Below the pieces are notes generated by a model that had not been told where the DNA came from, ran no database searches, and saw only the letters and a program-made list of their open reading frames with translations. Both the position numbers and the translations under genes were made by a program. Below are positions 38,429 through 48,654 of a stretch of 64,000 nt of DNA, one piece after another. The stretch lies in contig CM035353.1 in NCBI GenBank assembly GCA_020137815.1, forward strand, positions 5,208,001 through 5,272,000, given 5' to 3'. Source of the stretch: Hormiphora californensis. Lineage: Eukaryota; Animalia; Ctenophora. Position 1 is the stretch's first letter. Every line of letters begins with the position of its first letter.

Positions 38429-38840
38429 GTGTCCAGTGTGGAGGAGACAGAACACAGCAACATTGCCCATGAAAGGAAATATTTGGGCAATAACCTCCGA
38501 AGAAAACCATTGTCAAGGAGGAGGTTGCAAAACGTATCCAGATTGAGCCATTCTAATTTAAAATTCTAATTTCACTTTAAATTCGATATTTGTCATTATT
38601 TTCATAAATGCCGAAAGATGTGAATAATATGGAGCATATCTAACGTGAAATGTGAGAAGTACAGGTTACACATGTGATATCCTGTTCTGTGAATGTTCAG
38701 AATATCATCATCTGGGCAGACAATTGCACTGCCTAGAATAAAAACTGGACGTTTTTCTGTACCCTGGCTGCCTACTGTGCGGAAGAAAAGGTAGGACTCG
38801 AGGTGATAACGATAAAATACTCTGAACCGGGCCATACTTT

Positions 38841-39909
38841 GGGGGGGGTTCAACCTAAAAATTTCCATTTCCATTTGCCAAAATCCGGGTATCGATGGAA
38901 ATTTTTAGAATTTTTTAGAAATTTTTAGAAGTTTTTAGTACAGTCGGACCCCGATTTAGGGCCCCCCGATTTAGTGGCACCCCGATTTAGGGACAGGATT
39001 TTATTCCCCCGATATAGGAAATTAACCTTATTTGACCCCGATTTAGTGGACACCCCGATTTAGTGGACAAGAGCCTTTCCCCCGAGGGTGTCCCTAAATC
39101 GGGGTCCGACTGTACTAAAAATTTCCAAAAATTTCTAAAAATTTCCAAAAATTTCCATCAATTTCCGAAAATTTCTAAAAATTTCCAAAAATTTCCAAAA
39201 ATTTCCATTGACCAAGAAAAGAAAAACTAACAAAAACATGAAAATATACAAACACAGTTGTCGCAGAACTGGTTACTTTTCCTTACCTCTTGTGAGCACT
39301 GAGCATCAATAAATCATTTAATAATAGGTCAAAAACATCGAGATCATATATTTTTTGGCAATCCGTACAATTTCTTCAGAAATCATAGATTCATTGGCCA
39401 ATTAAGGCCAACTAAGGGCGTCTCGAAAACTTATTGAAAAGTAAGTTACCAAATAGCACAAGATACCTTACATTCCTTCGGACGGAATGCCTAATACCGT
39501 AGTAGATCGGGTTTCTTAGCATACAAAATAGAAACTTTAAACTCTTTTTTAAGCTAGATCACTGTAGATCATGGATGTAGCTTGTATAACTAACTTACTG
39601 TCGAAAACATGCAAAGATTACCTGTCATTAGCTTACAATTGGGTTACCGAAAAACTTCTAAAAACTTCTAAAAACTTCTAAAAACTTCTAAAAATTTCTA
39701 AAAATTTCTAAAAATTTCTAAAAATTTCCATTTACTAAAAACTTCCAAAAATTTCCATCGTCCATAAATTTCTAAAAATTTCTAAAAATTTCTAAAAATT
39801 TCCAAAAATTTCCAAAAATTTCTAAAAATTTCTAAAAATTTCCAATATAAAATTTCCATTTGCCAAAAAAGTGGGTATCAATGGAAATTTTTAGGGTTGA
39901 ACCCCCCCC
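38841..39909. mobile_element. Poly-G-terminal TIR element, 7-bp TSD ATACTTT
   Basis: G8-TTCAACCTAAAAATTTCCAT...ATGGAAATTTTTAGGGTTGAA-C8 with (AAAATTTCYA)n arrays. The empty site gggccatacttttatgtc is visible in paralogous copies at ~44301, 45328 and 46348. Confidence 0.85.
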
Positions 39910-40825
39910 ATACTTTTATGTCTGCTGACAGTTTTCACGCCCTGGTTGAGAAGAGGATGCAGCAGGTTGGACCAATATACAACTTTCCAGACTTTTCCTC
40001 GCTTGTAGGGGATGTCGGAGAGGCCGTGGAGATGGAGCCCAATGATTTCCGGATGTTCCAGAATGAAACTTGGCAACAAAAAAATGTGAGGATTTTGAGA
40101 AGTCCAGGATACATGTGATATAATCATGTTCTGTGAACAATCGTTAATTAATTCATTAGATATCTTTTAATACTGGATTGGCCATCTCTTATTACTTCAT
40201 TCACAGACGCATCTGAAGGAGATCATACACCGAGATATAAACAGTTACGAACCGTTAAACTCCCACTACTACAGCAGGGCACATGCGCCTAACCAAAAGT
40301 AGCTAGACGATCGACTTAATGCCACCATGATGTGGGAACGGTTCAAAGAAACACATCCTACTTGTAGTTATAACTCTAACTACACTGAATGCCATGGAAG
40401 AGATTGAAAATTAGCTTCACTAAACTTGACAACGAGAAGTGCGAGGATTGTGAGAAGTCCAGGATACATGTGATATAATCCTGTTCATATGAACATTTGG
40501 AAATGAGGACAGCTTCCCACCAGCGCTTCTTAGATGCCGTCCTCAGACAGGTCAACTTGTACTGCTATAAGAACAAGAAGTTTACGTATGGCAAGGGGGT
40601 GAACCTAAGTTTGACAAAGGCTATGGGGGAGTATCTGCGGGATCTGGACAGGACACCCCCCCCCCCCTGTACACGTATGCGAGAAGGTCGAGGAGGGATT
40701 CACCATGCCCTCAACAGGGTACCACGTGGACCAGCTGAAGCACTTGTGTGATGGTGATCTGACCCAGGATACTGTGGAAGTGTTCAAGGCCCAGATTGCG
40801 GGGACCGGCCTCCCCTTCAACAATG

Positions 40826-42187
40826 ATGTCACATGATAATTTTGAGAATTTTCGATCTTATATGTTAAATCTTATCAAGTCAAGGGGATTTAAAAAGCAC
40901 ATTTTAATAGGGGATTTTAACCTGCCGTCTGCCGTATTGCCTAGTGGTTCCGACGATGAACCCACGAGCGGTACGTTAGATCCTGCAGCAAGCCCAATTG
41001 CGAAGAAGTTTTTGGATTTTATTTGTGGGGATTTGGGACATACTCAGCTTATTAATGCATCTACCCACACTTCATATAACGTACTTGATCTTGTTTTCAC
41101 CAACTGTCCTGAGTTTGTATGTGATAGTAATGTACTCGAGGAGGGAGCTGTATGTTTATCTGACCATTTTGGTATATCCCTGTCGATTGATAGTGGCACC
41201 AGGGCCAATAGAGATACTAAAGATAGATACTGTAATGATTTTAACCGTGCTAACTTTTTGGGGTTAAATGTCGCTCTTTCCCGTGTCAACTGGGATGCAG
41301 TTATCTCTGATGATGTAAACCTTTCTTGGTCTAGTTTTAAGAGTAGAGTGAATGACATCTCTATGAGCTTCATTCCAAAAAAGCGCATTAGAGGTGCTTT
41401 CGCTCCCCTCTGGTTTGATGATGATTGTAAGAGAGCTAGAACCAAGAAAGAGACTCTCAGAAAAGCCCATATTTCAAGTAACACCCAGGAGAGTAAAGCA
41501 AAGTATAGAGATGCTCGCAAACATTTTAAAGATTTGATATGTGACAAGATGAACAACTTTTTTGGAGTTTCTAATTCTAATTCTCTCTCTAAAAGATTTT
41601 GGTCTCATGTGAAGTCCTCCAGTAAGTGTACTCGCATCCCCGAGACAGTTTATAAAGGTGATATCTCTAGATCTGACCCGGGTGGCAAAGCTACTCTTTT
41701 TAATGTATGTTTTGCTGAACAATTTACTTCACCTAGTAGTTATGATATTGGTATTGAGAGTTCTCATCTAGATTCAGAGTGTTTTTTCTCTATCTCCGAG
41801 GTTTATCAAGCACTTACATGTATTGACACTTCCAAGGCTTGTGGACCAGATGGTCTCCATGGAAAGTTACTCAAGAATTGTGCAGGGAGCTTGAGCTATC
41901 CGTTGTGGCTTCTGTTTAATGCTTCTATTCGCACGGGTATCATTCCTAGTGAATGGAAGCATGGCTCTATTGTACCTGTGCATAAAAAGGGCAGTAGAAG
42001 AGACGTGACTAACTATAGACCGATCTCTTTGCTGTCTCTTGTTGCTAAAATCATGGAGAGGCTTGTGAAGGTCCGCCTATCTAAGCACTGTGATCCACAA
42101 ATTGACCCCAGGCAGCACGGATTTATGGGTGGTAAGTCCTGTTCCACACAGCTACTACCGTTCACATATTCTCTAGCTACTGGTGTC
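40826..42187 (+). mobile_element. Internal fragment of a CR1/L2-group non-LTR retrotransposon ORF2 (APE endonuclease C-terminus to RT N-terminus)
   Basis: ORF 40796..42259 contains GDFNLP, LDLVFTN, SDH, APLWFD, KACGPDGL, IPSEWK..IVPVHKKG, NYRPISLLS and QHGF..GKSCSTQLL. It stops before the YADD motif, and both ends of the ORF read into flanking repeat. Confidence 0.9.
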
Positions 42188-42952
42188 AGTACACATGTGA
42201 TATCCTGTTCTGTGGATGTTCAGAATATCATAATCTGGGCAGACAATTGCACTGCCTAGAATAAAAACTGGACGTTTTTCTGTACCCTGGCTGCCTACTG
42301 TGCGGAAGAAAAGGTAGGACTCGAGGTTATAACGATAAAATACTTTGAGCCGGGCCATACGTTCATGTCTGCTGACAGTTTTCACGCCCTAGTTGAGAAG
42401 AGGATGCAGCAGGTTGGACCAATATAAAATTTTCCAGACTTTTCCTCGCTTGTCGGAGAGGCCGTGGAGATGGAGCCCAATGATTTCCGGATGTTCCAGA
42501 ATGAAAGCACAACTCTGCTGGACAACTTGGCAACAAAAAATGTGAGGATTTTGAGAAGTCCAGGATACATGTGATATAATCATGTTCTGTGAACAATCGT
42601 TAATTAATTCATTAAATATCTTTTAGTACTGGATTGGCCATCTGTTATTACTTCATTCACAGACGCATCTGAAGGAGATCATACACCGAGATATAAACAG
42701 TTACGAACTGTTAAACTCCCACTACTACAGGAGGGCACATGCGCCTAACCAAAAGTAGCTAGACGATCGACTTAATGCCACCATGATGTGGGAACGGTTC
42801 ATTGAAACACATCCTACTTGTAGTTATAACTCTAACTACATTGAATGCCATGGAAGAGATTGAAAATTAGCTTCACTAAACTTGGCAACGAGAAGTGCGA
42901 GGATTGTGAGAAGTCCAGGATACATGTGATATAATCCTGTTCATGTGAACAT

Positions 42953-43679
42953 TTGGAAATGAGGACAGCTTCCCACCAGCGCTTCTTAGATGCCGTCCTC
43001 AGACAGGTCAACTTGTACTGCTATAAGAACAAGAAGTTTGCATATGGCAAGGGGGTGAACCTAAGTTTGACAAAGGCTATGGGGGAGTATCTGCGGGATC
43101 TGGACAGGACAACCCCCCCCCCCTGTACACGTATGCGAGAAGGTCGAGGAGGGATTCACCATGCCCTCAACAGGGTACCACGTGGACCAGCTGAAGCACT
43201 TGTGTGATGGTGATCTGACCCAGGATACTGTGAAAGTGTTCAAGGCCCAGATTGCGGGGACCGGCCTCCCCTTCAATAATGCCATCCAAAGGCTGGCCTT
43301 TAACCCCACAACTCCCAGCGGCCCCCTACAACTTACTTTAAAATGCATCGTTTTATCGTGTAGTGAAGCGAAGGCCGAAACCTGGGGGCATATGATGGAG
43401 AGCCATATTCATAGCCGCTTCAATAACCCTGGATTATGGAATGATGATGTTCGGGGGCAAAAGGAACTCTTCATTCATTGTAACCTCCCCCGCAAATTAG
43501 ACTGGCCAATACTAGTCAAACAGTTTGTGCAGAAAGGGGTTGCCTACCCTTCCAATGAGTGGGTTCAGAAGGATGCTTCCTACAGGACCACAGCCACTTC
43601 AAAGACAGTTGGGAGAGTGTTGAGGGAGGGTGCTACCTGTTCCCTATTCATGCCTGATGCCAGACCTGTAAATACATAA
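42953..43679 (+). pseudogene. Probable hAT-like transposase C-terminal remnant
   Basis: ORF 43161..43679 has 'SCSEAKAETWGHMMESH...R...ELFIHCNLP...SKTVGRV...LFM', resembling a hAT dimerisation-region pattern. The 5' part is duplicated at ~40497-40825. Confidence 0.4.
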
Positions 43680-43769
43680 CATTAATATTCTTTTGTTTTA
43701 CATTTCGGCCAAAATAATTAACGAGTTTTAATTCTAATTTCGACCAGTACCTGGTTACTGGTAAGTGGT

Positions 43770-46700
43770 TTATTAATTTATTGGATAACTTTAAATACCA
43801 GATTGGTTATCTTTTATTATTTCATTTGTCATCTTTCATTAAATTATTGGACCCGGGTCCATCGTGATTTCTGAGATGGGAATGCCTTTAGGAGTGATTT
43901 TATATTTGAACTGATGCTATCGTTATTTATTATTAGTGTATCTAGTACCCCCCCCCCCTAACTAGGGAGCTTTACCTCACACCCCTTCCCTTATATAGCG
44001 CATTAATTAATTTGAGCAATAGCATGCACCCCTTATGTGCCGACATGTTCTTGGGCAATCTCATGGAGGGGTTTTGGGCGTGGCCACTGGCCAGATGCCA
44101 TCTTTTTCGTTGGTGGTGTCTTGTTAGGATTCCTCGTTGAGTGGGCGAAGGCCAGTGCCCAGTCTGAATGTGAGTAAAGATAAACAGATTGACCCTAAAC
44201 TTTAGAAATCTAGTTAGAGCTGTGATAGAACAATCCTTATTTGGAGATGAACTGCTTGTGATCAATTTACAATATATTATAACGATAAAATACTCTGAGC
44301 CGGGCCATACTTTTATGTCTGCTGACAGTTTTCACGCCCTGCTTGAGAAGAGGATGAAGCAGGCGGGGACAATATTCAACTTTCCAGACTTTTCTTCGCT
44401 TGTAGGGGATGTCGGAGAGGCCGTGGAGATGGAGCCCAATGATTTCCGGATGTTCCGGAATGAAAGCACATCTCTGCTGGACGACTCTCACAGACGCATC
44501 TGAAGGAGATCATACACCGAGATATAAACAGTTACGAACCGTTAAACTCCCACTACAGGAGGGCACATGCGCCTAACCAAAAGTACCTAGACGATAATCT
44601 TAATGCCACCATGATGTGGGAACGGTTCAAAGAAATACATCCTACTTGTAGTTATAACTCTTACTACATTGAATGGAAGAGATTGAAAATTAGCTTCACA
44701 AAGCTAGGAAACGAGAAATGCGAAGATTGTGAAAAGTACAGTACACATGTGATATCCTGTTCTGTGGATAATCTTTTATTAATTTATTGCATGTCTTTTA
44801 ATACTAGATTGGTCATCTTTTATTACTTCATTTCACATTTGTCATCTTTCATTAATTTATTGGACCCGGGTCCATCGTGATTTCTGAGATGGGAATGCCT
44901 TTAGGAGTGATTTTATATTTGAACTGATGCTATTGTTATTTATTATTAGTGTATCTAGTACCCCCACCCCCCCCCCCCCTAACTAGGGAGCTTTACCTAA
45001 CACCCCTTTCCTTATAGCATATAGCACATTAATTAATCTGAGCAATAGCATGCACCCCTTATGCACCGACATGTTCTTGGGCAATCTCATGGAGGGGTTT
45101 TGGGCGTGGCCACTGGCCAGATGCCATCTTTTTCGTTGGTGGTGTCTTGTTAGGATTCCTCGTTGAGTGGGCGAAGGCCAGTGCCCAGTCTGAATGTGAG
45201 TAAAGATAAACAGATTGACCCTAAACTTTAGAAAGCTAGTTAGAGCTGTGATAGAACAATCCTTATTTGGAGATGAACTGCTTGTGATCAATTTACAATA
45301 TATTATAACGATAAAATACTCTGAGCCGGGCCATACTTTTATGTCTGCTGACAGTTTTCACGCCCTGCTTGAGAAGAGGATGAAGCAGGCGGGGACAATA
45401 TTCAACTTTCCAGACTTTTCTTCGCTTGTAGGGGATGTCGGAGAGGCCGTGGAGATGGAGCCCAATGATTTCCGGATGTTCCGGAATGAAAGCACATCTC
45501 TGCTGGACGACTCTCACAGACGCATCTGAAGGAGATCATACACCGAGATATAAACAGTTACGAACCGTTAAACTCCCACTACAGGAGGGCACATGCGCCT
45601 AACCAAAAGTAGCTAGACGATCGACTTAATGCCACCATGATGTGGGAACGGTTCAAAGAAACACATCCTACTTGTAGTTATAACTCTTACTACATTGAAT
45701 GGAAGATATTGAAAATTAGCTTCACAAAGCTAGGAAACGAGAAATGCGAAGATTGTGAAAAGTACAGTACACATGTGATATCCTGTTCTGTGGATAATCT
45801 TTTATTAATTTATTGCATGTCTTTTAATACTAGATTGGTCATCTTTTATTACTTCATTTCACATTTGTCATCTTTCATTAATTTATTGGACCCGGGTCCA
45901 TCGTGATTTCTGAGATGGGAATGCCTTTAGGAGTGATTTTATATTTGAACTGATGCTATTGTTATTTATTATTAGTGTATCTAGTACCCCCACCCCCCCC
46001 CCCCTAACTAGGGAGCTTTACCTAACACCCCTTCCCTTATATAGCGCATTAATTAATTTGAGCAATAGCATGCACCCCTTATGTGCCGACATGTTCTTGG
46101 GCAATCTCATGGAGGGGTTTTGGGCGTGGCCACTGGCCAGATGCCATCTTTTTCGTTGGTGGTGTCTTGTTAGGATTCCTCGTTGAGTGGGCGAAGGCCA
46201 CTGCCCAGTCTGAATGTGAGTAAAGATAAACAGATTGACCCTAAACTTTAGAAATCTAGTTAGAGCTGTGATAGAACAATCCTTATTTGGAGATGAACTG
46301 CTTGTGATCAATTTACAATATATTATAACGATAAAATACTCTGAGCCGGGCCATACTTTTATGTCTGCTGACAGTTTTCACGCCCTGCTTGAGAAGAGGA
46401 TGCAGCAGGTGAGGACAATATTCAACTTTCCAGACTTTTCTTCGCTTGTAGGGGATGTCGGAGAGGCCGTGGAGATGGAGCCCAATGATTTCCGGATGTT
46501 CCGGAATGAAAGCACATCTCTGCTGGACGACTCTCACAGACGCATCTGAAGGAGATCATACATCGTGATATCAACAGCTACGAACCATTAAATTCACACT
46601 ACAGGATGGCACATGAGCCTAACCAAGAGTAGCTAGACGATCGACTTAATGCCACCATGATGTGGGAACGGTTCAAAGAAACACATCCTACTTGTAGTTA

Positions 46701-46873
46701 TAACTCTAACTACACTGAATGCCATGGAAGAGATTGAAAATTAGCTTCACTAAACTTGGCAATGAGAAGTGTGAGGATTGTGAGAAGTACAGGATACACA
46801 TGTGATATCTTTTAATACTAGATCGGTCATCTTTTATTACTTCATTTGTCATCTTTTATTAATTTATTGGACC
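43770..46873 (+). repeat. Three tandem ~1.0-kb units built from scrambled Sola-like transposase fragments
   Basis: The marker ggacccgggtcc recurs at ~43851, 44864 and 45890 (periods 1013 and 1026). Units encode 'KYSEPGHTFMSADSFH', 'SHYRRAHAPN' and 'ISFTKLGNEKCEDC'. Confidence 0.85.
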
Positions 46874-47102
46874 CCCTGACCTATGAACCAAATTTCATTT
46901 CTGACATAATGTTTGCTCTCTGTTTAGTATGCTTGTGTAGGGATGCTACTTCGATAAATTCTGCTGCCGGATGTGTGCCCAAAAAGGCCTGCTCCAAGGA
47001 CAATTCTAAAGACTCTAAAACTGGACAATTCTTACCATCAGGAGTGGGAACAAAAACTTGCCGAGTCGAAAGTTGGAAAGAAAGTAACTGGAATTGTCCT
47101 AT

Positions 47103-48654
47103 TAGTAGGGTCGGTTGTGGGAAGTTGGGTCTGGAATTTTAAATTTGACTTGCTGATATGATTAGGGACTCTATAAAAAGTCCAAAGCATCATCCCGCAG
47201 GTCTCTACCTCCCCCGGTTCACTAATTATTCGTAATTATGTGATTTATAACGTTATCACCAATTAGCACTAATAATACCAGTTCCTGGTCACTTAAAGCT
47301 TAGATTTTGATACCAGCGCTGGTATCAAAATCTAAGCTTTAAGTGCTGCTGGAATAGAATCGTTCAATATACTCAATATAAACGCGATCTAGCAGGCTAA
47401 TTGATTAATAATTGAATGAATATTGAGGTCTCTGGCCGATTTAATGTTCAATTTTACGTCAATATACCTCGATAAGACCACGATATATCGAGGACAATAA
47501 AAGACATGGGAATAGTTGAACAATAAATCGCTCGGAAACCTCAATTATTGAACAATACCGCAATCGTGGTTTTTTTGAGGTATATCGAGGTAAAATTGAA
47601 CAATAAATCGCGCAAGAACCTCAATATTCAATCAATTATTGAACAATATGAGTGCTAAATCGCGGTCATATTGAGGATATTGAACGATTCTGTTCCAGCA
47701 GGTGATAGATGATCACTAAATTAGTGGGCATACAAAATTTCAGGTCGATCGGAGTTATGGTCGAGGAGTTATAACCGTTTTTCCGTTTGGCTGGCGGTTG
47801 GCTGGCACCACGTGGGATTACGGGTTTAGGTCGTCGTAGGAGGTCGTCATTGGTCGCGTTCGATCGGGCTCGATGAGGTGATCAAAACCTAGTGGGGCCA
47901 GACCTTGGCCCCACCCCGTTCTTGGGTTATTAGGCTTTTTCGGTTTCCCGCCAAAATATTTTCCCGCCAAAACCGAAAAAGCCTAATAACCCTAGAACGG
48001 GGTGGGGCCAAGGTCTGGCCCCACTAGGTTTTGATCACCTCATCGAGCCCGATCGAACGCGACCAATGACGACCTCCTACGACGACCTAAACCCGTAATC
48101 CCACGTGGTGCCAGCCAACCGCCAGCCAAACGGAAAAACGGTTATAACTCCTCGACCATAAGGGTCCAGTTAGAGATTTTGCGACTGACGTTAGTTACAA
48201 TGAAGCAGGCCCCTGCTGACACTGCTGACACTGCCGCGCGCGCTACTTTACATGCAATTCACATCGAAAACCCTGCTAGTCAACGAAGATTTGGCGCGCA
48301 CAGGGACTCTCCCAGCTTGCGCCAGTTGCAGACTGGAGGCTGGCGCCAGAAACTGGAGCCAGCCTCCAATCTGCAACTGGAGCGTAACTTCGATCGACCT
48401 GAAATTTTGTATGCCCACTAATTTAGTGATCATCTATCACCTGGTATCAAAATCTAAGCTCTAAGTGACCAGGAACTGGTATTATTAGTGCTAATTGGTG
48501 ATAACGTCATAAATCACATAATTACGAATAATTAGTGAACCGGGGGAGGTAGAGACCTGCGGGATGGTGCTTTGGACTTTTTATAGAGTCCCTAATCATA
48601 TCAGCAAATCAAATTTAAAATTCCAGACCCAACTTCCCACAACCGACCCTACTA
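47103..48654. mobile_element. Fold-back TAG-terminal element, 3-bp TSD TAT, with different nested insertions in each arm
   Basis: TAGTAGGGTCGG...CCGACCCTACTA. A MITE at ~47346-47701 is in the left arm only, and a TAA-flanked MITE at 48162-48384 is in the right arm only. A short relative lies at 50577..50741. Confidence 0.85.

Larger units (their letters stand above)
38663..43283 (+). repeat. Duplicated Sola-like transposase remnant (38663-40825, interrupted by a MITE, and 42188-43283)
   Basis: Both copies carry 'NIIIWADNCTA*NKNWTFF' (DNC..QNKN motif) and 'GHTFMSADSFH..VEK'. The LINE fragment sits between the copies. Confidence 0.75.

Noticed and set aside
40796-42259. Intact LINE or domesticated gene
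   Set aside because: It lacks the RT catalytic core, and its start (TTG) and stop come from flanking repeat sequence.
47103-48654. Long palindromes as whole-genome-amplification chimeras
   Set aside because: Arms carry independent substitutions and insertions, and the elements have proper TSDs. An artefact is unlikely but not excluded without reads.
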